Below are positions 1 to 8,939 of a stretch of DNA of 64,000 nucleotides, one piece after another. Position 1 is the first letter of the stretch. Every line of letters begins with the position of its first letter. Position numbers and translations under genes: made by a program. The notes under the pieces were generated by a model, which did no database searches, had not been told where the DNA came from, and saw only the letters and a list, made by a program, of their open reading frames with translations. The stretch is from Escherichia phage wV7, in sequence record NC_019505.1; one strand, written 5' to 3'.

Positions 1-1283
1 GGAATGTACTTTTTAATAATAGCACCTTTAATACCAGAATCTTTGAGCATATCAGTCAAAATTCCTCGGTGGTATTTTTCCATTACTAAATTAGTTTTTG
101 TCTTAACAATTTTATCAAGTTCTTCTTGAAGCAGTGCTATTTCATCAGCATGGTCAATAAACTCAGAAGATGCTTTTTCTATAGCTGCTTTAACTTTTTT
201 AGCTTTATCTACCGTCGTGATTAGAGATTGCTTTTTATTGCGAATATCATTTGCCAACGACTGCTGAGTTTTAATATTATCTCGGTATTCATCAACAAGA
301 ACTTTTAAATTATCACGGTGTGTTGAAAGCTGTTCAAACGAATGCGTACATTCAGAAACTTTATCTTTAATTTTAGAAACAACTTTATCACCGGAACTTA
401 ATTGTGACAAACAGGTTGGACATAATCCACCTTCGTGATACATATTAATGACTTTATTGTACGAGTCAATTTTTGATTTAATTAAAACTGCTTCTTGACC
501 GATTTTATTAAATGCATCAGTCGGGTCTTCGTCTAAAACAATATTAACTAATCTTTCATTAGCTTCTTCTATTTCCGATTTTAGCGTTCTAGCTTCTTTT
601 GCCAAATCATCGTACATATTCTGCAGACGAGTAAGATTGTCACCCGTTAATTTTTTCTGGCGTTCAACGTTATCATTATATATTTTAATTTGTTGGATAA
701 TACTATCTTTTTTAACATCAAGCACTTGGTTCTGCGAATTTAATTCGCGTATTAGTGCTTTATTAAGCTTATCCATTTCAGCTAATGTTCCTACCTCAAG
801 CAGGTCTTCCACAAGCTTTCTTCGTGCAGGGGTCGACAAACCCATGAAAGGGGTATACCCTGCTGTACCAAGGACAACAATCTGCTTGAAACTGGCATAT
901 GACATTCCGATAAGCTGTTCAAATTCTGCTTGGAAATCTTTACTGCTGGCAGATTCATTAAGACGTGTACCATTAATGGTGATTTCGAAAACGTTTGGTT
1001 TTTGTCCTCTTTTGATATAGTACTTTTTCTCATCATATTCCATCCACAGTTCAACTAAAAGTTCTTTCTTATTTGTGCTGTTTATTAATTGACCTTTCTT
1101 TACATCACGAAATGGCTTGCCAAAAAGCCCAAATGTGATGGCTTCTAACATAGTAGACTTACCACCGCCATTTCGTCCAGTAATAAGAGTTTTTTGAACC
1201 TTATCTAATTGAATGTCAATAGGATTTCCACCTACTGACATTATATTTTGATACCTAACTCGGTTTAGTTTAAAATTCTTCAC
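1..1283 (-). CDS. 46: Recombination endonuclease subunit gp46 (Rad50/SbcC-like ATPase), N-terminal part; gene continues past window edge
   Basis: Minus-strand frame reads (V/M)KNFKLNRVRYQNIMSVGGNPIDIQLDKVQKTLITGRNGGGKSTMLEA with Walker A; GTG start at 1281-1283 preceded by AGGAA; absent from ORF track because no ATG and open at edge. Confidence 0.85.
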   Translation of the reverse strand, partial: MKNFKLNRVRYQNIMSVGGNPIDIQLDKVQKTLITGRNGGGKSTMLEAITFGLFGKPFRDVKKGQLINSTNKKELLVELWMEYDEKKYYIKRGQKPNVFEITINGTRLNESASSKDFQAEFEQLIGMSYASFKQIVVLGTAGYTPFMGLSTPARRKLVEDLLEVGTLAEMDKLNKALIRELNSQNQVLDVKKDSIIQQIKIYNDNVERQKKLTGDNLTRLQNMYDDLAKEARTLKSEIEEANERLVNIVLDEDPTDAFNKIGQEAVLIKSKIDSYNKVINMYHEGGLCPTCLSQLSSGDKVVSKIKDKVSECTHSFEQLSTHRDNLKVLVDEYRDNIKTQQSLANDIRNKKQSLITTVDKAKKVKAAIEKASSEFIDHADEIALLQEELDKIVKTKTNLVMEKYHRGILTDMLKDSGIKGAIIKKYI

Positions 1284-1543
1284 AAAAGATTCCTTTTAAT
1301 GTATCTTTTAGACCATTCTATCATATCATCATAATCTAAAAAGTATTCATCAAATTCAGCCATGCAAACAACGCCTTGTGCTGCTTTTGATGTGATATAA
1401 ATTATTCCAACATATCTAGAATCTTCTTCTGTATAATCAATGTTTGCTATGAATTCATCATTAATGTCAAATGTCGAAAACTTCACAGTATGCATCCTTA
1501 ATACAAGATACAGCCATATCTCGTAATGATTTAGGTGTGTCAT
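1280..1543 (-). CDS. Hypothetical small protein (T4 46.1/46.2 position)
   Basis: 87-aa ORF between genes 46 and 47; stop overlaps GTG start of gene 46 (GTGA). Confidence 0.5.
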   Translation of the reverse strand: MTHLNHYEIWLYLVLRMHTVKFSTFDINDEFIANIDYTEEDSRYVGIIYITSKAAQGVVCMAEFDEYFLDYDDMIEWSKRYIKRNLL

Positions 1544-1730
1544 TATCTAAAATGTTGAAGTTAAAAGATACAGCCCAGTCAGTGCAGACTGTAACCTTTT
1601 TAATACAATTATCTTCAACCTCTAACGGTTCAAACCAATATTCAATAATTTCTTTATGCCCAATATCATCTTTTACTTCGCATTCAAAATGCTGACTCAT
1701 CATAACATTTTTAAATTCATCAAAAGTCAT
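1467..1730 (-). CDS. Hypothetical small protein (T4 46.1/46.2 position)
   Basis: 87-aa ORF immediately downstream of gene 47; overlaps next ORF in another frame. Confidence 0.45.
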   Translation of the reverse strand: MTFDEFKNVMMSQHFECEVKDDIGHKEIIEYWFEPLEVEDNCIKKVTVCTDWAVSFNFNILDNDTPKSLRDMAVSCIKDAYCEVFDI

Positions 1731-2746
1731 TGTGTTGCCTCTACATATAGCTGATTTGCATATTGAATAAGTGCTTCGCGGTCAGAATCAGTGATGTCTG
1801 GAATTGCATTAATGTATTCTTCCATTAATGTCTGAAGCGATTGAACTTCAACTTCTTCACTGTCATCTGACTCGACAGAGTTATCAATCTTTGACACAAC
1901 TCGTAATGAATGCACAACTTTTTCTAGTTCAGATTCGAACTTCGTCAGATTTTTGTCTACTTCAGTTACTATAACACGTACTGATAGATTTGTAAAATCT
2001 TTATAGTCAATTTTTCCTTTAAATGGATAATGAATTCTACGATGCCAGGTAGTATTGTTTGGAATAAATTCCATTCGTTCTGTTTCTGTATCAAACATCC
2101 AGAACCCGCGAGGGTCATTCTCGTCACCTGCAGTTAGTGTCCATGGTGTCCCAATATATCTGACGTTTGCAGCCTCAGAAATAGTATGGAAGTGACCAGA
2201 CCACACTTCTTTATAAGTCTTAAGGAAATCAGGTTCAAGACCGTGAGATTTCATTCCTTTATAAAAATAAAATCCATTCAGTTCCCAGTGACCAACACAA
2301 AAAGAAGCAGATGAAGTTTTGATGTGTTCAAGAATTTCACCAGTATTTTCTTCACACATCCAAGGAATTAAATCAATCAAACATCCGTCAAAATCTACTG
2401 TAGTAGGCTTATCATATACTTTAACATTAGGATATTTAGCCAAAAGCTCAGTAGAGGCATTTGGATGCATTACATTTTTGTAGTGGAGATCGTGATTTCC
2501 TACAATAGTATGTAATGTGATTCCAGCATCATCAAGCATTTGAACTATTTCACGAGCAAACTCCATAGTTTTATGCGTGATTGCTTTTCGCACATCAAAA
2601 ATATCACCGTATTGAATCCAGGTAGTAATTCCATTTTTCTTAGAATATTCTATCGCTTGCTTAATTCCATCCAACTGAATGGATTGAACCCACTCATCAT
2701 CGGCTTTAACGCCTAAATGCCAATCACCTAAATTTAAAATTTTCAT
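1727..2746 (-). CDS. 47: Recombination endonuclease subunit gp47 (Mre11/SbcD-like phosphoesterase)
   Basis: 339 aa; N-terminal MKILNLGDWHLG and GNHD metallophosphoesterase motifs; length and sequence match recalled T4 gp47. Confidence 0.9.
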   Translation of the reverse strand: MKILNLGDWHLGVKADDEWVQSIQLDGIKQAIEYSKKNGITTWIQYGDIFDVRKAITHKTMEFAREIVQMLDDAGITLHTIVGNHDLHYKNVMHPNASTELLAKYPNVKVYDKPTTVDFDGCLIDLIPWMCEENTGEILEHIKTSSASFCVGHWELNGFYFYKGMKSHGLEPDFLKTYKEVWSGHFHTISEAANVRYIGTPWTLTAGDENDPRGFWMFDTETERMEFIPNNTTWHRRIHYPFKGKIDYKDFTNLSVRVIVTEVDKNLTKFESELEKVVHSLRVVSKIDNSVESDDSEEVEVQSLQTLMEEYINAIPDITDSDREALIQYANQLYVEATQ

Positions 2747-2906
2747 ATATCAAGAACCGTCATTGAAATGCAAAATAAAATTATTGAAATAAATCCATCT
2801 GGAGTGCTAAAGAACCCAATCCAACATGCTCTAGTGAATAGATAAAATGCAAGAAAAAGTATCACATATCCAAGAAATATCATTATATCAAACTCCGTAT
2901 AAAGCT

Positions 2907-2924
2907 AAAGGGCCGAAGCCCTTT
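2907..2924 (-). terminator. UUCG-tetraloop RNA hairpin at 3' end of agt
   Basis: Minus RNA AAAGGGC-UUCG-GCCCUUU overlapping the agt stop; no clear U-run. Confidence 0.4.
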
Positions 2925-4125
2925 ATTTTGTAATAATGTCAAACTGTTCTTTAAAGCAGAAGCTTGAATCTTGATGCTGATACAAAAATTCATATGCTTT
3001 TTCTCGCTCACGGTCATAAAGAGCTCGGTCAGATGACAGTTCTTTAATACGTTCAAACGTTGATTCCATATCATTTTCATCAAACCAAACGATACCGCTA
3101 TCATGCGAAATTAGCGGAGTATTATCAACACGGAATTTTAAATTTTCGCCAGTAGATTTCCAAAATACCGGAATTGTTCCACATGCACCAAGCTCGAGAT
3201 GAGTATATTCTAAAGAACGCTGTAGATATTTTTTATCCAACTTACTCAGCTGATAACCAAATCCGGATTTACTCATGCGTTCAAGCATTTCGCTATTTAC
3301 ATAACGGTCAAGAATTTGCGTTGGCAAATTAGGAGCAATTTTAATTTGGTCTACTTGATGAAGACGATAATACTCGTATGGAATTCCTTTTTCTTTAATA
3401 GGAATGAACGCTGGAGAACGTTCCAGACCTTCCATAATAGTACTTAGTCCTGCAGGTTTAAGATGTTTTTCGTGAAAATCAAACATCTGATAAAAACCTT
3501 TCCATGTAGTCGTACGACCAATCCAACGGTTGATATTCATGTTAATTTCAGAAACATCTTTCCAGTAGGTTGATCGAACCTTCGCAATATCCATAGGAGG
3601 CTGAAAGTTGTATACGGTCGGTGCTTCTTCAATATCATCAAACAGAGAAACTGTTTCTGGATACCATTCTTTCATCAGAACTTTATTAAAATCGCCATTA
3701 TCAGAATGACTAAAAATAACATCAGCTCGACGAACAGTTTCTTCTAATCCCAAATTTCGGCGCAAAGAAAGAGAAGAATGGTCATGTTGATAAACTACAA
3801 CACGAACCGAAGGTTTAATGTTATCAATAATTTTTTTATAGTTATTAATGGTGTCTTCTTCTACTGAAGTAGCAGGAACTGAATTGATAATTAGAATATC
3901 ACAATCATTTACCAGCTTAAGTGTTTTATCGTATTCTTTTGCCAATAAAACTGGAATTGAAAATGACTTATAATCATGCGCGCAATTACGAGTAAATGAT
4001 TTATCTTTAGCATAAACCAAAGTTACTTCATGACCATTTTTAATAAACCAATCACGCTGCTCAAGAGAAAATTTAGTTACACCGCAACCTTCAAGACCTC
4101 GAGCCATAAAAATACATACTTTCAT
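2923..4125 (-). CDS. agt: DNA alpha-glucosyltransferase
   Basis: 400 aa; near-identical to recalled T4 alpha-gt (MxxCIFMARGLEGCGVTKFSLEQRDWF..., C-terminal FKEQFDIITK). Confidence 0.9.
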   Translation of the reverse strand: MKVCIFMARGLEGCGVTKFSLEQRDWFIKNGHEVTLVYAKDKSFTRNCAHDYKSFSIPVLLAKEYDKTLKLVNDCDILIINSVPATSVEEDTINNYKKIIDNIKPSVRVVVYQHDHSSLSLRRNLGLEETVRRADVIFSHSDNGDFNKVLMKEWYPETVSLFDDIEEAPTVYNFQPPMDIAKVRSTYWKDVSEINMNINRWIGRTTTWKGFYQMFDFHEKHLKPAGLSTIMEGLERSPAFIPIKEKGIPYEYYRLHQVDQIKIAPNLPTQILDRYVNSEMLERMSKSGFGYQLSKLDKKYLQRSLEYTHLELGACGTIPVFWKSTGENLKFRVDNTPLISHDSGIVWFDENDMESTFERIKELSSDRALYDREREKAYEFLYQHQDSSFCFKEQFDIITK

Positions 4126-4175
4126 TTAATATCCTCTTTGTTTTGGTTTATTTTACCAAAAATTTATAAAGCAAT

Positions 4176-4195
4176 ATAGGAGCCGAAGCTCCTAT
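4176..4195 (-). terminator. UUCG-tetraloop RNA hairpin
   Basis: Minus RNA AUAGGAGC-UUCG-GCUCCUAU between ORFs. Confidence 0.35.
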
Positions 4196-4368
4196 CCGCA
4201 TAATACGCCATACAGAGGCTCATTAGAGCTTCTAAATTTTATGCGCTTATATGTTATAGTTCCTTCTGCTTTAGCTTTATCATGAGACTCTTTAAAGCGT
4301 CTCATCATTTCCTCTTTAGAGGAACGAATTTTATTATAATCTATTTCAGAAGTCTGGATGTTCATCTT

Positions 4369-4575
4369 TCACAGTTGCCACCATTTTTTGACTTGATAAG
4401 AATCAACCCACACTTTCATATTAGGGTCTGCTCTTACAATAGGAGGATTAACTTCTTTAATTGAACTATCATGGTATTCTTTTTCAGAAATTTTCACACA
4501 AAGATGACCATTCAAAGATTCAGTAAATCCTGCATTAATTTTAAGACGCTTGAATTTTACGTGTGTAAGCATCAA
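4369..4575 (-). CDS. Hypothetical small protein
   Basis: 68-aa ORF in agt-55 intergenic block; overlaps next ORF. Confidence 0.35.
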   Translation of the reverse strand: MMLTHVKFKRLKINAGFTESLNGHLCVKISEKEYHDSSIKEVNPPIVRADPNMKVWVDSYQVKKWWQL

Positions 4576-4858
4576 TCATATCCTCAATCTGCGATCTAGT
4601 AGTCTTCCAAAGAATACTGATGAGTTCATCGTTATATGGCTGTTTTAGAATATCCCGACTTTTCTTGATAGCATATTCGTATTGAGCAAAATTATTGTTT
4701 TCAGCTGCAATCTGAGCGTGCTTATAAAGACGATTCAGTTCACGTTTGTTTTTAGACAATAACTTATTTGCTTTTCTTTCTGCTTCAAGACGGTTCTTTT
4801 CTTCAATAGAAGAAATAAGCTTTTCCACTTCATCATTAATTTCGGGTTTATCAGTCAT
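4541..4858 (-). CDS. Hypothetical protein
   Basis: 105-aa ORF, charged and helical, tightly packed with neighbours. Confidence 0.5.
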   Translation of the reverse strand: MTDKPEINDEVEKLISSIEEKNRLEAERKANKLLSKNKRELNRLYKHAQIAAENNNFAQYEYAIKKSRDILKQPYNDELISILWKTTRSQIEDMIDAYTRKIQAS

Positions 4859-4859
4859 A

Positions 4860-5078
4860 TTATTTCTCTAATATAAAATAAAAATCATCATCTGTTAAAT
4901 GATACCGATAGTTTAATTCTACACCATTAGATTTAAAAGCGGTATCATACGGATTTTCTGGATCAATATCAATGTCAAGAGCTAAAACTTCCCTGAGATA
5001 CATTTTAAGTAAATAGGGAATAGCTTCAACTTCAGGTATTTCTTCCAAGAATCCGGAGAGGTTAATCGTTAGCCTCAT
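4860..5078 (-). CDS. Hypothetical small protein
   Basis: 72-aa ORF directly downstream of gene 55. Confidence 0.5.
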
Positions 5079-5619
5079 ATAAAAAATCCAAACTAGGAGA
5101 ATCGTCTACAACACTTTTCTTTTCAGCCCCTGGTGTTCTATAGGTTGATTCTTCGTAATGCGTCATTTTATCGTAGATGTCTTGAATAAAAGTTTCATCT
5201 ACTAACGCAACCATATCGTCGTCACGACTGTCATAGACATTGTGAACGAAGTAACTATATTTCTTTGCAACTTCCTTACGTTCTTTTTTAATACGTTGGA
5301 CGAATGCATTAAAACAAGCTTGAGTTATATATGCATGCGGGTTTTTATATTTCGTTTCATCAAAATTATGAAGCCCCTTAATAGAAGCTTCTATACCATC
5401 TGCAATCATTTCTTGTTTCCAAGACTGGGTGTATCCTGAAAAGTTGAAACGTTTAGATAAGCCTTCTGCAATAAGCATAATGGCTAATCCGATAGTATCA
5501 TTCTGACGAACTACTTTATTTGGGTCTTTATTATTTGCTAATTCTGTTTTCCAATCAATAATAGCTTGTAAAAGCTCTTTATTGTTTACGTAATTATATT
5601 TAGGCTTAGTTTCTGACAT
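5062..5619 (-). CDS. 55: Late-transcription sigma factor gp55
   Basis: Matches recalled T4 gp55 from [20 protein letters not shown]; start taken at third Met of the ORF to give 185 aa. Confidence 0.9.
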
Positions 5620-5697
5620 TTTCACCTCTTAGCTCAATTCATAGATCTATTATATCATAATATTTGAAGATCTATCTTAAAGCATAGAGGATATCAG

Positions 5698-5967
5698 TTA
5701 TCTAAGTAAGCAGTATGCTTGGAACACTTTCTCCATCATCTTTTTAAATTCATGAATATCTATATAATGACTAGTTAAATCAGCATGATATAAAAAGTCT
5801 AAAAACTTTTCATGTGTGCTAACATATTCACTTTCATTTAATTCAGAAATATGACTTTCCCAATATCCAACACCAGTCTTATTTGGGAAAAATGAAATTT
5901 TCATGCATTGATCAACATAGAAAATGCCATAATTTTCAATAGTAATAGAAATATTAATAAATTTCAT
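5698..5967 (-). CDS. Hypothetical protein
   Basis: 89-aa ORF, minus-strand operon context. Confidence 0.5.
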   Translation of the reverse strand: MKFINISITIENYGIFYVDQCMKISFFPNKTGVGYWESHISELNESEYVSTHEKFLDFLYHADLTSHYIDIHEFKKMMEKVFQAYCLLR

Positions 5968-6179
5968 ACATTCATCAACTTAGCCGCTTCAAGAGCTGCA
6001 TCTAGTGAATCAAATTGGTCAACATATTCAATCAATTCGCCGTAATTGGCATATAACCACCATTGGCTAAATTCATACTCAAGGATGAATCCGTTTCCTT
6101 CAATTTGAGTTAAACCAATGCCATTTGTATTTACTTCATACCCAGCAAGACGTAAATCGTTAATAAGAGCTTCGTTCAT
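5964..6179 (-). CDS. Hypothetical protein
   Basis: 71-aa ORF, start/stop coupled to neighbours. Confidence 0.5.
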   Translation of the reverse strand: MNEALINDLRLAGYEVNTNGIGLTQIEGNGFILEYEFSQWWLYANYGELIEYVDQFDSLDAALEAAKLMNV

Positions 6180-6181
6180 AA

Positions 6182-6508
6182 TTATACCTTAGTAATTTTC
6201 AGGTCTGCAAATTTTTTCTTGCGTTGATTTTTCATGCGACGAATAGTCTTATCGGAAATTTCATGCTTTTGATAAGCTTTAGATTCTACGCCAAAAGCTT
6301 TAACATCAAATTCTGACAAGATATATTGAACCAACAATTCACGGACAGTATTGCGTCCAATCTTCTGATCATTCTGTTTCATCATTTGATGAAGATCTTT
6401 TTCCCATTTATCCAAAATTTGAGGAGTTACAATATCGCCTTTTTCTAGCAAAGAAACTACTTTATCATATGCGTAAGAATTAATGACGTTTTTAATTTGA
6501 ATAGTCAT
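6182..6508 (-). CDS. Hypothetical protein
   Basis: 108-aa ORF. Confidence 0.5.
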   Translation of the reverse strand: MTIQIKNVINSYAYDKVVSLLEKGDIVTPQILDKWEKDLHQMMKQNDQKIGRNTVRELLVQYILSEFDVKAFGVESKAYQKHEISDKTIRRMKNQRKKKFADLKITKV

Positions 6509-6543
6509 ACATTATCCTCAATTACGTTAAAATTTTATTATCC

Positions 6544-6563
6544 AAAAAAGGGCCGAAGCCCTT
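6544..6563 (-). terminator. Rho-independent terminator (UUCG hairpin plus U-run)
   Basis: Minus RNA AAGGGC-UUCG-GCCCUU followed by UUUUUU. Confidence 0.6.
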
Positions 6564-6762
6564 AGCTAAACTTTTTGGCACCCTTCCAGCCTTCGTACAT
6601 CATTGCGACTGACGATGACAAAGCTCCTTCACATGCTGCATACTTATTATTCCAGAACCAATTTAGAAAAACTTCATCCTCAATACCATTGTGTTTCATG
6701 TTCTGGAAAAATTTGGCGCGTTCTTCAGCAATTCGCTGCGATAATTTAGATTCAGGATTCAT
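6562..6762 (-). CDS. Hypothetical small protein
   Basis: 66-aa ORF followed on the minus strand by a UUCG hairpin plus U-run terminator. Confidence 0.5.
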   Translation of the reverse strand: MNPESKLSQRIAEERAKFFQNMKHNGIEDEVFLNWFWNNKYAACEGALSSSVAMMYEGWKGAKKFS

Positions 6763-6901
6763 TTAAATTTCCCAATTACCATTTTCATCAATAAATTTAA
6801 TCCAGTCATTTACTGACCACTTAGTTGTATCGCCTTTTGGAGTAGCATTTAAAGTATATAGCCCTTGCTTAAAAAGCATTCGTTTGATATTCATATTTTC
6901 C

Positions 6902-7195
6902 TCAGCTGTAACGATAACACTCGTTTGATTTACGTTTAGCAACTCGTTGAGAAGTATTATAATCAAAATCATCATCAATGTAAACTGATTTTTTCAACTT
7001 TCTTACTTCACCGCGTAATTGACGATTTAACTCATCTTTAACTTCTGAATCAATACCTTTCATTCTACGCCATTTATCTGAGCGAAAAATGTTTTCAACC
7101 ATATCTTTATGACTTACCCCATCAGGAGCTTTACGCTTTCCGAAATAGTCATAATCACGCACTTTTAAGTCTTTACGACGATACGTTTTACCCAT
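6902..7195 (-). CDS. Hypothetical basic protein
   Basis: ORF 6902-7240; start probably internal Met (MGKTYRRKDL...) just after the stop of the upstream ORF. Confidence 0.45.
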   Translation of the reverse strand: MGKTYRRKDLKVRDYDYFGKRKAPDGVSHKDMVENIFRSDKWRRMKGIDSEVKDELNRQLRGEVRKLKKSVYIDDDFDYNTSQRVAKRKSNECYRYS

Positions 7196-7370
7196 GGAGT
7201 TTAATTTCCTTAGCAACTGAACTAAATGCAGCACGATCACAAATCATGTGTTTATGTAACTTAAGTATAAGATAATAAACATCATAACCATTTACGTAAG
7301 TAACGCGAACAGCATTACCATTAATAAGATAATACTGTCCCTTTTTAATTTCTTTATCAACCACAACCAT
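7188..7370 (-). CDS. Hypothetical small protein
   Basis: 60-aa ORF directly downstream of an early promoter. Confidence 0.5.
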   Translation of the reverse strand: MVVVDKEIKKGQYYLINGNAVRVTYVNGYDVYYLILKLHKHMICDRAAFSSVAKEIKLHG

Positions 7371-7400
7371 ATCAAATCCTCAAAGGCAATTCATGTGTTA

Positions 7401-7430
7401 ATAATACCACGGTTTGAACTTGTTGTAAAC
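7401..7430 (-). promoter_or_regulatory. T4-type early promoter
   Basis: Minus strand GTTTAC -35, about 17-nt spacer, TGgTATTAT extended -10; AACAACTTTGTGAAA upstream element. Confidence 0.6.
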
Positions 7431-7501
7431 AACTTTGTGAAAATTATTTTAGGGAATGATAAGAAGGGAACGATAGCTTAGAATGGTAATATACAGAATG
7501 T

Positions 7502-7524
7502 AAGAAAGAAAGGCCCAGAGGGCC
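7502..7524 (-). terminator. Rho-independent terminator downstream of nrdH
   Basis: GGCCC / GGGCC stem with 3-nt loop followed by U-rich tract on minus RNA. Confidence 0.5.
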
Positions 7525-7528
7525 CGTC

Positions 7529-7900
7529 TTAGTCTTCTATGATATCTCTATCATATCCAAGTGAAATGAGAGTTTCTTTGAAGTGTTTAATGTTCTTTTG
7601 TCTAGAATCATTGATGAAAATGACTGGATAACGAATGTTAAGAGATGTGAATCCGGCGCGTTTAGCAAGAGATACAATCAGTGGACGATCATACTCAATC
7701 TTACCATTATTTGTAAGAACTTTATAGAAAGTAAAAGGAGCATTGAGCTCCTTTAGAAGTTTTGTAACTGATTGACATCCAGGACAACGACCTACTTCAT
7801 CTGGAATTCCATAGACTTCAATCTTATTCTTTAAGTTCGAGTTTTGTTCCACGAGAAATAATTCCTTGGTAAGCCCAATAAGGAGGATTAACAGAATCAT
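7529..7900 (-). CDS. nrdH: Glutaredoxin-like protein NrdH; start uncertain
   Basis: CPGC redox motif in ...KIEVYGIPDEVGRCPGCQSV... and thioredoxin-fold pattern; no canonical start codon after the upstream stop, so N-terminus is ambiguous. Confidence 0.6.
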   Translation of the reverse strand: MILLILLIGLTKELFLVEQNSNLKNKIEVYGIPDEVGRCPGCQSVTKLLKELNAPFTFYKVLTNNGKIEYDRPLIVSLAKRAGFTSLNIRYPVIFINDSRQKNIKHFKETLISLGYDRDIIED

Positions 7901-8135
7901 TACCAGAATTTTCTTCAGGGAAATAAACCTGGATAACGAAGCCGGATTCATCAAAGGTGAAATAAGTAGTAGGCAGTTCACCTAACAAATCAGCACGAGC
8001 GTTGATTTCTTCGAGGTCTTGTTCACGTCCAGCCCAGAAGCTTGGGTTCAGACTACATTCATAGAAATAATAGTCATTACCGAACATATCAAAACCATTC
8101 CAACTCTCTACTACATACCGCTCAAAACTAATCAT
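7824..8135 (-). CDS. Hypothetical acidic protein
   Basis: 103-aa ORF. Confidence 0.5.
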   Translation of the reverse strand: MISFERYVVESWNGFDMFGNDYYFYECSLNPSFWAGREQDLEEINARADLLGELPTTYFTFDESGFVIQVYFPEENSGNDSVNPPYWAYQGIISRGTKLELKE

Positions 8136-8137
8136 AA

Positions 8138-8353
8138 TTAAGCCTTTTTATCAAGAACAGCATTCAGCTTGTTAGTAATTTTATCCAGACGCTCATTGAA
8201 CTCACTAGAAGATAAGCCTTTTTCTGGAGAAATTAAGCTAATCACGAAAAATACAACAATAAAAGGAATAAGGAAAATAGCTCCAACTGCCATAAACAGA
8301 AAGAATGTTACAGTTGTAAGAAAATCAGCTAAACCTTTACGAAATTTATACAT
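8138..8353 (-). CDS. Small membrane protein
   Basis: 71 aa with one long hydrophobic segment. Confidence 0.5.
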   Translation of the reverse strand: MYKFRKGLADFLTTVTFFLFMAVGAIFLIPFIVVFFVISLISPEKGLSSSEFNERLDKITNKLNAVLDKKA

Positions 8354-8468
8354 ATTTTACCCTTAATTGATTAACCAAGCATTGATAAGCACTAAACTAT
8401 ATTGGGAATAAAATTCTGGACCAAAATGAAAAATCATATCATTTATAGTATCCATAATATAATTCAAT

Positions 8469-8939
8469 TTAATCATGTTTCCACACCCCATCGGTATTTG
8501 ACCAAAGTCGCTGATTGTCTGATCCTCGCCACAGCTTTTTGGTCGGAAGATTTTTCTCATACTTCCCATCAATAATAACATCAACATATTTAAGCATTTC
8601 TAGTTGTTTAATATCTTCAAACTTATATCCTGTCCACAACCAAATGCTTTTATTGGGATAAAGATTTTTAATAGTTTGAACCACAGAGTGAATCACGTCT
8701 CTGTTATCAGGATAAAGAGGGTCTCCTCCAGTTATAGTTAATCCTTCTATATAATCATTATTCAAACACTGAATCAGTTTTTCTAATGTCTCTCCGGTGA
8801 ATGGAATACCATTTCTAGCATTCCATGTTGATTTATTATAACACCCTTCGCATTTATGCAAACAACCTGTAACGAAAAGAACGACCCTGCAACCAGGGCC
8901 ATTCACAAAATCACAAGGATAAAATCTATCATAATTCAT
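8469..8939 (-). CDS. nrdG: Anaerobic ribonucleotide reductase activating protein (radical SAM)
   Basis: 156 aa; CxxxCxxC-type cysteine cluster (CLHKCEGC); directly downstream of nrdD. Confidence 0.9.
   Translation of the reverse strand: MNYDRFYPCDFVNGPGCRVVLFVTGCLHKCEGCYNKSTWNARNGIPFTGETLEKLIQCLNNDYIEGLTITGGDPLYPDNRDVIHSVVQTIKNLYPNKSIWLWTGYKFEDIKQLEMLKYVDVIIDGKYEKNLPTKKLWRGSDNQRLWSNTDGVWKHD

Noticed and set aside
637-1054. ORFs 637-1020 (+) and 791-1054 (-)
   Set aside because: Both lie inside the gene 46 coding region in other frames; gene 46 is confirmed by its Walker A motif and recalled T4 sequence.
2883-3104. ORF 2883-3104 (-) overlapping the 3' end of agt
   Set aside because: Alternative frame across the agt stop and terminator hairpin; no support.
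8363-8587. ORF 8363-8587 (-) overlapping the 3' end of nrdG
   Set aside because: Alternative frame of nrdG with no independent support.
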